From Neoechinorhynchus agilis (lineage: Eukaryota > Animalia > Acanthocephala): a stretch of 64,000 nt of DNA. Shown here piece by piece: positions 11,974 through 23,959 of this stretch. The position numbers and the translations under genes were made by a program. The notes under the pieces are model-generated. The model saw only the letters and a program-made list of their open reading frames with translations, searched no databases and was not told where the DNA came from. Each line of letters starts with the position of its first letter. Position 1 is the stretch's first letter. Location of the stretch: NCBI GenBank assembly GCA_051530055.1, contig CM121341.1, positions 10,642,784 through 10,706,783 of the forward strand. Direction: 5' to 3'.

Positions 11974-12190
11974 TTGGACGTCGGTCGTCTCAAATTGAAT
12001 ACAATCCATAAGCCAATGAACGCGTTTTTTCGACCGTCTCGTCGGACTTCTTCAGGTTGCATGGAGGATCCAAACATCCAGTGGTCAATGACTCAGGAAG
12101 ATGAAGAGGGGGCTATCTCCTTTTTGGACGTAAAGATAAAACACGATGATAAAGGCAACATCAAAACACAGCTCTACCGCAAACCAGCTA
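11974..12190 (+). mobile_element. Penelope-like RT C-terminal fragment
   Basis: IQWSMTQEDEEGAISFLDVKI..KTQLYRKP. Confidence 0.7.
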
Positions 12191-12499
12191 TTAATTTATA
12201 ATGTGCGTCTTAAATTGTTTTAAGTTTAATTTCGTATACATTTTGGAAATTTACTGAAAGTGTAGATACCGTTTGGTTTTCAATAATGGCTGAACTTTAA
12301 TTCTAGAGCATTCGCCCTCAAAATGCTCTTAAATTAAGTTGCTTTTAGTAATTGGCCAGGAGTAAATAAGTTTTGAACATTTTAAGAAAACAATAAATTC
12401 CGGGAACCTTTCTAATGTAAGCATTATATTCGTTGATCAGAAGTGACAATTTCCCATTTGGTCTTTTTAAAGGAAACTTAATGATCACACATCCAATTG

Positions 12500-14270
12500 A
12501 ACGATAGCTCGCACCTTTTTCTTGGTGAAAATGCTCCCGGTAATAGCACATTCGATTTATTAAAAATATTTCGAAAAATGTAACCTCGCCTCATCAGTCA
12601 TCTAAAAATATGATTTTCACATTCAGATTTTAAGCTCGAGTGCGCGGGATGGCCAAACCCGAAGTTCGATGCCAATTATCCGCTCGAATCCCTGCGTTAT
12701 ACTACGTTTTTTCCATGATTTTAGTATTGATTTTTAGCACGTTGCTGGCTGAAAGTTTCAAGCTAAAATTCACTTTATTTCCTTCCATTGTGTTGGACAC
12801 AGCGATGTGTAAGGCCTCCAAAACAAGCCGTTTTTTAAGTTTTGACAAATTCCAACCCTCCTTCTCATAATGGAATAAATCATTTGATTCGTGTCATCAT
12901 CAACGAAGTGCACTCTTTCGAAGCATACAGGCTCGGCAGACGATTTTTGGTTGTTATGCGGATGGTAGTTACTGTCTGGGATATCTCCTTATTTTCAGCT
13001 CCTGTGCTATCCTTTCCCTACTCCATGCAAATCGAGCAGATGACATAAGAGAAGCTCTCCGGGAGTACGAAGTGACAGCCGAGATTACATGCCTCATCGG
13101 TTTTTGAATTGACCAGTGTGGTGGTCCGCATGGTAGGTTCTCCTTGCAATAAAGTGAAGTGCTAACTTTGCCCTTAATGAATAACAAGTTGCCAGGTCCA
13201 AACTTGGTCTACTGCAATTCTTAGCTAGTAAATTAGCCAATAATCGATCGTTTTAATCAGCGGGACATTGGTGAACATTGAGTTCACATCGGCCGTAAAC
13301 ATCCTGTAGAGCTTAACGTTAATTTTCCTGATCTCATTCGCAAACGTGTGTCCATCCTTGATGTGCGAGGAGGAAATGCTTAAAATCAATCGTAATAAAG
13401 CATTCATCATTTTGGATAGGCGATGATTGAAAGAAATATAACTGGATATAATCGTGGGGAGATAGAGAAACGCACATTTAGTCGATGATGATCGTGTCAT
13501 GTTGTAAAATTTAGGACTGATCAGAGACCGGTTCACCAAATTCCTGAGAAAACCGTTCCAAAGCCCTGTTTTGATAACCTTCCATGTTCACAGCTACTAA
13601 AGCACGTCCTTTGCCAGATTATCAAATCACAAGGGCCTTCGCCATTGCCATCTCGTCATTATCTTTGCGAACGTTCCGACTACGAGCCTTCCTGTCGTAG
13701 GCGACTATTGAACTAATGAGATCTGGATGTGAGTTTATAAGAAGCTCTGTATCACATCGGATTTTAGTAGATGAAATCTGATGCTTTATAATAGTCCGGT
13801 TCCTTGTCCAGCATACTCAGTTTCCTTGAGGAAAAGCTGTGTGTTAATTTATTGACAAAGTATCCGCGCTCTTCGAATGTCCTTGGTCTTAATTGTTCAA
13901 GCTTCCGTAAGTTGTTCATGGTTATATGTTTTTCTTCAATTGATACTGTCCAACACAATGAAAAGAAATATAAAGAATTTTAGCTTGAAACGTCCAGCCA
14001 TCGCCGTGTTAAAAATCAATGCTAAAATAATGGAAAAAACGTATTATAGCGCCGGGGGTTCGAGCGGATAATTGGCCCTGAACTTCGGGTTTTGCGATCC
14101 CGCGCACTCGAGCTTAAAACCTGAATGTGAAAATCATATTTTTAGATGACTGATGAGGCGAGGTTACCTCGCGAAATATCTCAAATAAATCAAATGTGCT
14201 ATTACCGGGAGTATTTTCACCAAAGTTATACTTTGACTGACCCAAAGGATTTTCTATAGATGAAAAGTTC
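12500..14270 (-). mobile_element. Penelope-like element P1 (deleted RT) flanked by outward-facing inverted terminal repeats with family-B hammerheads
   Basis: RT fragments (FTADVNSMFTNVP; TSLYRKE) on minus 12845-13960; endonuclease C-terminus LEALHI plus hammerhead on minus 12840-12500; same terminus on plus 13960-14270 (core CTGATGA at 14150). Confidence 0.8.
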
Positions 14271-14381
14271 GACTATTTACAGCTCATTGTTAACTGAAGA
14301 TTAAACTTCTGGTTGTCATATACTACGCTATTTATTTAAATGTTGTCAATTAGTGGCATGATGTCATTTTTTGTAAGTTTG

Positions 14382-14776
14382 TTAGTCAAGTTGATTAGTT
14401 TGATCCATTGGACCTTTACTGTTTATCGACGACGCTGTTACATCCTCGACTGTTGCGGGATTGCTGAGCGGATGACCAGGAACGACCGACCAATAAGATT
14501 TTCTGGGGCTTCCGGTTGTTGCAATCTTGCGAAATGCTCGATTGTAACAAAGAGTTCTCCTTACCGTGCTCTAAATTCGGACAAATCAATATTTTTTATA
14601 AAATACACATAACAAACCCTCCAAGCCTTGTATTCGCTTCCGTCCTGTCGAATAGCAAAATAAGGAACGTTTCCAATAATGTGGCGGTAAATTTCCTTAA
14701 CGCTTAGTCGGCCACTACTACTTTCGTTAATGGCCGCGGCGATTATTGGCGCATAAGGCGGGCGCCCAAAGTTCAT
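14382..14776 (-). CDS. Small divergent forkhead-domain protein; exons 14776-14618 and 14570-14382
   Basis: RPPYAPIIAAAI..RLSVKEIY..PYF..AWR, 47-nt GTTTGT..TTTAG intron, then STVRRTLCYNRAFRKI..SYWSV. Confidence 0.8.
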
Positions 14777-15842
14777 TTGATTGCCTTCGCTCTTCGGGGT
14801 GATTATTCAATGATCGAATCCTATTGATCACTTGCATAAGTAAGAAAAATCGTTTCACTTTATCCGCTAATTGCAAAGTACAAACTCATTTCATCATTTT
14901 TCGGTTTGTTGACTAGCAAAACTTTTGCGTCTTTTAAAAACTTACAAACGTTCAGTGTTTTTGTTTTTGTTAATTAATGTACATTGTTGACGGTGGCCGT
15001 TCGGATTATCGGCAAAATAGCTTTTTTAGTAAGAAACAATAAAACCAAAGTCGCGTACAACTAAAATGTTGACTTCCGCGCTTCATTCTCAACTTTCTGG
15101 TTTAACACGAAATTATCACAAATCCACTTTCGCCACTTAATAAATAATCATCAGGATGGAACACAAATTAAAATTTGATTCCTCGCAGCCTTTCTTTTAT
15201 TGATTTTATGTTTTTGTATTTTGGTGTTTGTGTTGCATTTTCGGTCAAATTTATGACTAGGAATTTTCTTTATCTGCTTCTAATGGGTAGTCGTTTCAAA
15301 AAAGATTGCCTTTTAACCTGCTACTGTAATTGGAACTTTTGTAATTGTAATTATCAACTCACTATTAAATTTCTTGGACTGCAAAACATGGTTTAACTCT
15401 TAATAGATCAACTTTTTCCCTATTAAGGACAATGAAAAAGCTTAACAAACTGTTTTCTGTGAATTTTAATGTTTCTTAGTGTTAAAAAAATAACTCATGG
15501 TCTCTCATTGCAATAAAAATGACTGGCATCCTTTTTGGTTTTAAGTTTATTTGTGCTCGGCTTGCACAAAATTAGTCCAATCTCACAGATTTTAGGAATC
15601 AATAGGTCGATTTATTCATCACAGAAATCGAGTTAAATGACGGTTTTAAACGGCGCATTCAATTCCATTATAATTGTATAAAGATTTCAATGTATTTTTA
15701 CGAGGAATCGACATGCTGCCGACATATTTTCTTTTCGTAAATTAATCAGCTTAAACATATAACGAGATTAACTTTTCCATAACGTCGATTAACCTTTGTT
15801 TAGAGATTTTTTATTTGCACAAAACAACAATGCGACAGGTAA

Positions 15843-17000
15843 TCAGTTTAGTCTTTGTGAACATAAATTCAGTGAGTCGGTTTCTAACCATAACAAAAAA
15901 AGATAAAATAAAATTTTGAATAACAAGTTAGTCCGTCTACGTGAGATTCTACCGATTGTGTTCTTCATTTCGGTTTGTTCGTTGTTGCAAGATTCGTCGG
16001 ATATGCCTATGTTCAAATTGATCTGTTCGCAATCATCCATTGTTGTTCGATTATCAAGATCAAGCTCCAGTCTTGTCGAAAGATTGAAACATATTGAACG
16101 TTGGAACAAAAGGACGTAAGCATGAAGAAGTGAACGACAAATAGACTTCGTCCTCGTACCCAATTGAATCTTTTCGTCATCTGCAATTAGCCATCGGTAG
16201 AGTTCTTGCCTTACAATTGCTGTATAATGGCCATACTCCGTACTGTCCGAATGATGGCAAACTGCGGAGCTGAGATCGTAACGATAGCAAAATTCTCGGC
16301 ACAAACCAGGTAAATAAAAACTCGTTGGAATTGTAATGTTGTGACCATTCTTTAGATTGCCAATCGTATTAAATATCGTAACGATCAAGCAATCTGGACT
16401 TTCTGTGGTTACCCGAGTCTCCTTAGCTCGTCCTCCGCATTCCTCGCATGGAATTACACAATCGTTTGGAGTTCCAATGTAGCTGCGAAGAAGCTCACAC
16501 AGATTCTGTTTCCCATTATTTGCGAAAATTGGTATCATTTCGGATTCTTCAAAACGATACCTCACGGCACCGCATTCTTCACATCTGTAGCTCAATGAAA
16601 AGTGGCATTTGTAAGATCCGATCGCAGTCGAACAGATATCAGCAAACTCAACAGGATGATTTTTAGCAAAGTCATCGATAGTTTGATTTAATGCAATCAT
16701 CATGAACTCATTCGCATCGGACTGTCTATTGAAGTTTATTCCGTTGACTAAAGTAAGTCGTTGAATGAGTCGCTTAGCGGCATCGAATGGACCGAGTTTA
16801 ACGTTTTTCATTCGCCGTAAAATTCTCTTTAATTCACATTTTAGACAAAAGACATTATCATTAATGTCATAAGTGCACTCCGTCTCGGTTTCGGCGCTGA
16901 TAAATTGGTGAAATGGACGGTTGTAGAAGATTGCTTGAAGAACGGAATTTACAAAGCATTTGAACGATCCGTTTTTGAGTCCAACTGCTTGGTTGCTCAT
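15843..17000 (-). CDS. Ubiquitin-specific protease (C19 family), catalytic domain only, intronless
   Basis: Cys box GLKNGSFKCFVNSVLQ, QSDANEF, His box AVCHH..YGHYTA..ADD. Confidence 0.9.
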   Translation of the reverse strand: MSNQAVGLKNGSFKCFVNSVLQAIFYNRPFHQFISAETETECTYDINDNVFCLKCELKRILRRMKNVKLGPFDAAKRLIQRLTLVNGINFNRQSDANEFMMIALNQTIDDFAKNHPVEFADICSTAIGSYKCHFSLSYRCEECGAVRYRFEESEMIPIFANNGKQNLCELLRSYIGTPNDCVIPCEECGGRAKETRVTTESPDCLIVTIFNTIGNLKNGHNITIPTSFYLPGLCREFCYRYDLSSAVCHHSDSTEYGHYTAIVRQELYRWLIADDEKIQLGTRTKSICRSLLHAYVLLFQRSICFNLSTRLELDLDNRTTMDDCEQINLNIGISDESCNNEQTEMKNTIGRISRRRTNLLFKILFYLFLLWLETDSLNLCSQRLN

Positions 17001-17819
17001 TGTGTAAATTAAAATTGTAAATAGAATTTCTATTGAGTTATTAATTCAAATTTGAGTGAATACAGCGGGAGAAATTTCGATCACTGCCGGTCCCAGTGAA
17101 AAGATTTGGACGGATTTCTGTTAATAGATTCGCAGTTCAGTTTTTCGCAGGAATATAACGTGATTTACGCTTATTTTGCGTTCGTTTCGGTGGCCACCTT
17201 TACTGTTTTTGGAAAATGAGCGTAATACAAAATTTGCTGTTTACGTAAATAATACTAATTTTAGAAAATATTTTCTATGAAAATGGTAGCAAATTTTTCG
17301 GAGTTTATCTGCGGTCATTTAATTTTTTATAGTCGAACAATAGAATATTGAATGCTCATGCAATATTGCTGAAATCAAAAACGCGATTACCATTAAACGT
17401 CAAATAACATCAAATATTGAGCTTCTTCGCAAAGTATTTACTTCAGAATTTCCTTGATTTCGTGCCATGAAGGGTTTCGTTTTAAACCAAAAAGATCTCC
17501 AACTGAGCAAACTTTTCCGTTTGTCAACATCGTGAACAATTTATTTATTATTTCGTTTTCACGACTAGAGTCAATTGGGGGATTCCACAAAGATTAATTG
17601 ACCACAAATAATGCTTAAGGGTAAATAAATTACTTTATACAATTTTTCGGCTCCTTCAGTTTTCGGTTTTAAATTACTATGCAAAGATATAGTTACTGAC
17701 CGCCATACAAACGTTCAACGATGCTAAATCCAAGGTTCAATAAATGCATCGCAAGAAGTTAGGTATTTTTTGTTTTTTATGTAAACAAAAGTAGTTTTTT
17801 TTACTGGCAAGCCGGTATT

Positions 17820-18716
17820 GTTATCATCTTTAAATTTTAGTTTATCACTTTGTCCGGCTTATTTTTAGGCATAAAGCCAAACGAATTACATCAGAGAAGT
17901 GATATAACCACATAGTCTCTGATGCACGGTTAAGAGTTTGTACATTCCTCCAGATCCTCAGATACCTCCAGGAAGCAGGACTCATCAGTGAGTTTCCTCC
18001 CTTCAGCGGTATTTCGTCCCCTTTGGCTGTGCGTCATTGGTGGTAACGGATTCGAACAATTTGACCCCTAATCGGGATCACGGGCATTAGTCCACTTGAC
18101 CACCTCGACACAACTACGAAATGTCAAACTCAGCCAGTTCATCGACTGGTTCGTTTTCTTAGCTAACAATTGAGGTAACCGCCTCTTTGACGAAATTTCC
18201 AACTAGGCTTTTTCCTTAGAGTTCCCTCTCGATTAGCGCTTTTTGAAGGTCTTCGCCTGGCAAGCTTCCGGAAATGAGGTGCCCATTTCGATTTTTGTTA
18301 GTAGCTTTATTTCGTAATGAGCTTGCCAAGTAATATTAGTGAGTAGCGAAAAAATCGAACATCCTTATATTTATTGGTCGCAGACAATACCTGTAATTAG
18401 TTCGGGATCTGTCGTCGGAGTTATCCTTATCCATCAACGTTGAAGCGTGAGTCATCATCTAAATCGCACTAGAGATTTTCAATACTAATTCTAAAGGCGA
18501 ATACACAGACCAGCATGGAAAAGATAAATTCTAAGTAAAAATATATTACATGGTGAAGAGATGACCAATGTTGTCAAAATAATAATCAATACCTTTGTCT
18601 ATTTACGAAGCCAGTTTATCGACTCAGGGTGAGCGCTGTGTTCTATTTTTAAGTTTGGCTTTATGCCTAAAAATAAGCCGGACAAAGGGATAAACTAAAA
18701 TTTAAAGATGATAAAC
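17820..18716. repeat. Segment bounded by ~62-bp inverted repeats enclosing a family-A SINE (also 36058-37225)
   Basis: TTATCATCTTTAAATTTTAG..GCATAAAGCCAAAC at 17820-17882 and its reverse complement at ~18652-18714. Confidence 0.7.
17885..18117 (-). mobile_element. Full-length tRNA-Ser-derived SINE with scrambled-order hammerhead (family A)
   Basis: A-box-like TGGTCAAGTGG and B box GTTCGAATCC, then GGGAC-GAAA-TACC..CTCA-CTGATGA-GTCC..GGTA-TC-TGAG (17957-18020). Confidence 0.85.
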
Positions 18717-19899
18717 AAAGGTCGATTGAATATTTCTGTTTACAAACTATCGCGGTTTTTAAGCTCAGTTTTATAAAGCAGTCGATTTGCTATTTCAAAC
18801 GGCTGCAACTACCTTTATTTCAAATAAAAAATCTAAAATTATTCGAAATGCAAGGGAAAGAGATAGTAGGTTATTTTGTTCAACAAACGTTGATTAAATA
18901 ACGAAACAAATCATAAAAGCATCAAAATTCGTAGAGTATAGAATAGTCTTTGAACTTTTGGTGTTCTGCAATTTTATCATTTTGGGAACTATGAAAAAGC
19001 AATAATATTTTTAACCCTTTTTCCGTGCATGTTTATGCGATTTAAGCCTTCGGGAAAAAATAGAATTTAAATCTTATCTTCAATTTTTTTCACTTTGCAA
19101 AAATGCGTATTTTTAACCAGATTTAAAAACTTACCTTCCAAGAACGGTTATCGGCGTTAAAAGTACATTTCAAGGAGCAGAACGGTAAAGATGGAAGGAA
19201 ATTAGAGTTGCTTGATCAATAGAAAAAGGTGACCGATATCTTCATTTATTTTTTAGAAAATCAATGCTAAACCAACATTCAAATTATCTTCACCCTCAAA
19301 AGATTACTTATTTAAAAATATAAATGTGAAATCGGAGAAATGTGTACATTAAAATCAACCGGAATGTGCTCTCAGCTATCGAACACGAATCGTATTTTCG
19401 GCGTCTTAAATTGTTCTTCAATCACCCATTTAAAGGCAATTTTATTTAGGAACACTTTGATCACTGTCGTTCTAAGGATGAGGTTCATCTTGAACAGGAC
19501 CATGTTCTAATGTTGAAGTATCTTTTTCTGGTTTAAATCTTGATTTATTTGACTCATTTACATTCTGGCCAAAAACAACAGCTTTCGATTTGTTTCGCAG
19601 TGAATAGGAATGTTATTTAAAGTCTTCAAGCAATTTTATAAAAGATTTTTTACAAAGCGAATATAATCCTCTTTGTCAGCTTAAAAAATTGGCTTGAATC
19701 GATGTATCGGTGATCATTTGTTAAATTTATTTCGCGTTAGCAAACTTATTTGTTAACGTAATCATTTGAGTTATTTTTATCTAAACAAACTGAAATGTAA
19801 AAAATAACGAATAGGGTCCGAGTTTTTTTGACGTGTGGGAACATTTCCCGCACTCCATTGTGATAAAAGTGGTCATCTGTAATTAAACTAAAAGAGAAT

Positions 19900-22800
19900 T
19901 TACTCAGCATATCGAGTAGAAGTCAAGTATAAGTCAGTGCGATGGACAATGAGTATAAATTAGGAATGTGAGTAAGATGTCCAACGATTGTACCGTTGCA
20001 GGCAAAGATCCTTCAGGAACCCAGCCCAGGATTTTGGTAGCAAATCAATGTGCCTGAAGAACTCTTGAATGAAGAGTGGCTTGTGTTCGGGAGGGCGACC
20101 TCTTGAGAAAAACACTAGGCTGGAAATGGCCCACGACTTCCAGATAGTACGAACGTGATGAAAGTCAAGTCCCAATTTGTAAGCGCGAGTGGCTTTTGAT
20201 TTAACTATTTTGAGAAGTTTCTTCAATTTTGAAATGTCAGTCCTGGGGGATAAGTTGACCGTAAGAGTGTGACCGAGAATACGCAGTTTACTGGGCATAA
20301 AATTCTCGGCAGGTGAGGATGAAGAATTATTGGAAAGGAGTGAGGAAAAGAAAAGTTTTAGATCTTTGCGTAAACAACTTGAACGGGTTTTGAAGATCAG
20401 TTTTGTTTTTGAAAAATTGAGAGAGAGGTTCATGCGAGGTAGCATGGTGTTAAGATAGTCTATAGACTGTATAATTAAAAGTTTTAAACTGGTGATCCTG
20501 TGAGATTTCAGCACAAAGGTGAAATCATCAGCATAGCAGATCAAGTTAGCGTTATAAGAGAAGTTTTGTACAAGATATTGAGAGGCCAAGAGGAATAAGA
20601 TAGTAGAGAGAGGTGATCCCTGTGGGACACCATTAAGAGGGTAATATAAGGTTTTTGTAGCGTCATCGTCAAAAAAGAAGGCCTTTGAGAACAGTGTATT
20701 GTGAATCCTGGCAATAAGATTATGTGGAACACTGAAAAATTCTAACATCTCGATAATAAAGCCCAGCGAGATTTTGTCAAAAGCCTGATACAGGTCCACT
20801 GCTAAAATAGCACGTAGAGGGAAGGCATCGTCCCCGAAATTCGAGTAAATGTCAGCCAGCGCTGAGTGAACAGATTTGCCTTTTAAAAAACCATGACAAT
20901 TACTGGAGATGCAGTTGTGTTCCCTGATAATGCGCTAGAGCCCGTTCATAGATGGTGGCCAGGGGATTTTGCAGGGAGATCGGCCGAAGGTCGTTGGGAG
21001 CCTTAACTAACTTCCTCCCATTCTTAACTAAAAATATGCGCCTCGAAATGTTGATATCTCTCCAGGCATAAGGGGAGCACTTCAACATCAGATTCGCTAT
21101 GAGGAGGACACTCTCCCGAGAAAGCAGGGAGAGGCATTTTGTCCCTATCGATCAGATTGATTGAAATCAGATCGATTAGGAATTAGCCTCCTAAAAATGA
21201 CTAGAGGAGTAATGCCTTTAGCGCAAGATGAGGCATGAAAGTCAAAGATATACGAGAGAATATGATCCATAGAGAATGCTTTTAACCATGAGGTGAGTTT
21301 CGATCTCCAACTGATAAACCTCTTCTTCCCAGAGACCATATTCCACCAGGACGATGAGAATGGTTGTAAGGATTTTAGGGTAACGCGGTCGGAAACCAAT
21401 TGTTGTCGACATCGAGCAGCCCAGTAATGACTAGAGAGCACTTTGACAAGAAGAGTATCTCCACGAATTTTGGCTTGATATAATTGACGCCCAATAAAAC
21501 GGAGGGATCTTCTTTCATAAGGTCTAGAAAAAGTTCTTTGTAGTTGATAGAGGAACAGATTAGCGGTGGTATTGATAAAACTGTTAATTTGAGGTAGGGA
21601 ATAATTTAGAGAATTAGTTAAAACCGAACAAGATAGAAGTGAATAGCTAATCGCTCTGAAAAAAGCGATGTTCAGAGGAGACAAATGAAGGACTCTCCTG
21701 AGTTTATTATTGAGCCGATAGACCATATTAAGATATCATGACCCGTTAGGTGGAAGCGAGACAATTGACGATCTACTTGAACTAGCAGATTTAAGCATTT
21801 CCTGTGAATGATAAGATCCAGGAAGGAATGGGTGTTATTTTTAGTTAGAATATGAAAGGATGGGGTGAGAGGAGCGGAGAGTTCGTATTGAGGTTTAGCG
21901 GAGTTAACTATGGCTTTGGACCATTTCATTGAGGGATCGTTAAAATCACCAACAATGAAGTCAATATTGGCACGAAGAAGGCATTTAATGACATTCTTAA
22001 CGGCCGGACGATGAATAAAACCGGGTCGTATGTACAGATTGACAAAAGTGAAAGGCCGGCGAGTGAAATAAAATTTAAAGATAGAGTAGGATAGCTCATT
22101 TGTCGTGAAGGAAGATGATAAGGAGGGATTGAGAGAGGATTTGAAGACAGAAATTAGCCCTTGAGACGAATGTTCGAATGGATCAGAGATAAAGGAATTG
22201 TATTCAGGAGAATCAAGATGCGGTAGGAGATTAAAAAGTTGAGAGGTATTAAAAATACTCTTGCTTTCTTGTAAAAGTAACATGGAAGCTCCCGATATGA
22301 GACTATTAATTTTCGGAAGATTGGCCGCCCCCACAGTTCCACTGCAACAGGCGCAAGTTTACCATTACCTGGGCTTTTTGGATTTTCTGCGGATCGGGCC
22401 TGCTACGGGGAATAAGGTCCGCAACTCCGTTATTGATTAGTTCAGGTTGCTCCTTAATGATTTGATTTACGAATTCCGAATCCCTATCTACACAGTCGTC
22501 AACGAGGTTATATTCGTCGTTTTGAGTAGAAATGGGTCTTTTGAGAACGGAAGAGCTTGGATGTTTGAGAAACGAGGAGAGCGTAATAGGAAGTTCCGAT
22601 AAACGTGTTAACAATACACTGACTTTCCTTTCGAAGGTGATCAAAGCCTCGGTGATTCGGGCTTGCATTGTAGTGAACATGTTGTTACATACCTCTTCGA
22701 GGCGACACTCCAGCAGCTCCATGGTGACCAGTTGATTGTTAGAAGAGACAGGAGTCGAGTTCGCATTCGTGAAGGTTGGGTTATTGACTGAAGAAGTGAC

Positions 22801-23830
22801 CTGAGCAGACGAAGCTGAAGCCGAGCTTGAGGAGCCTCGGGCCGGCGAAATAGAGGGAATATTCCCCCTATTTTTGAACCACGCCCAGTATCGCTTAAAC
22901 TCTGGGCAGCCTTTGAAGAAAGCAGCATGAGGTCCCTGACAATTTGCGCAATGCCTCTTAAGTGGGTCGGGCAGCGATCTGAGGTATGATCGGCGCAGGA
23001 GCAGTGGCAACATTTAGCATCCTTCTGATTTTTGCAGTTTTGACACCAGTGACCCCATTGCTGGCATATATTGCAGCGGGGAAAAACATAATCATCTTGC
23101 TCACTGAAGGATTTCAAAGTAAAATGGATCGAGAAGCAGTTGAAGGCTCGAGGTCTGCTGGTGCAGAGGCCATCACGCAAATGTCTCATACCCTCAACGG
23201 CTGCAATAGAAATTGGAAGTCCAGATTTTCTTGATTTGATGAAGTATTTAATTGTGCAGCCGAATGATGATTCGAAAAGATCCCTATCCTCCTTGCATAT
23301 GTCCGGTTGGAGTCCATGAACAAGAAATTGAACCTTTTGCGAGGTTGCAGAGACCGTGTAGAGATTATTAGGAAGATTGGAATTGGCGAATTTAACCAGA
23401 TTGGACATCCATTCATATTTGGAAACATAAATCCTCATGGTGCCGGCGAAATAAGATAGTTTATCAACTCGTTTTACGCCATCGTTATTGAATGTGTGAG
23501 CCCAAGGAGTAATAAGCTTGTCGAACATGACTTGTTTTGGAAGAATGGGGTTAGATTTGACAATGACCACAAAAGGCCATCTTTTGGTAGGAAGAGCTTG
23601 ATAATGTTCTGAGAAGACATTTGACGAAGATGTTTTTGCTTTGAGATGGGAGAGCATTTGCTCACGATGTTCGATTGGTACCGACCCTCCGCAATTATCG
23701 GGAGAATCGGAGATAAGTGATTCATCGACGCCCGTTGACGGGAGAGCGCTGGAGACGCCGGTGATTTGTCTCCGAAGATCCGAAGGCACAGTGATCTTCA
23801 ATTAATTGGGTGGCCGTTTGCCACCCTCCG
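19900..23830 (-). mobile_element. APE-type LINE (ORF1 with CCHC knuckles, ORF2 APE-RT), frameshifted
   Basis: CNICQQWGHWCQNC..CCHCSCADH..CANCQGPHAAFFKGCP; LLQWNCGG, VGDFN, LRPISL, DLYQAFD, GVPQGSPLS, YADD. Confidence 0.85.
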
Positions 23831-23959
23831 CCAAAACGTCGGTGCGCATTTTTGTCATCCGTAATCGATCGTAAATGCGTGCATACGGTCGATTACATTA
23901 TCGATCGGTTTAGTACCTGTTTGCATAGTTAAATTGTCGTTAATTATTCGAACGTTGTT

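Larger units (their letters stand above)
13790..19712 (+). repeat. Segmental duplication copy 1 (partner 28797-38232)
   Basis: Collinear, near-identical sequence through the PLE terminus, forkhead, USP and SINE regions. Confidence 0.9.

Noticed and set aside
18030-18117. Possible tRNA-Ser gene (A and B boxes, GTAGTTGTG start)
   Set aside because: No acceptor-stem or anticodon-arm pairing; dispersed diverged copies with a ribozyme body indicate a SINE head
23790-23880. GC-rich hairpin at the LINE 5' end as an HDV-like ribozyme
   Set aside because: Could not build the nested double pseudoknot or find the catalytic C strand
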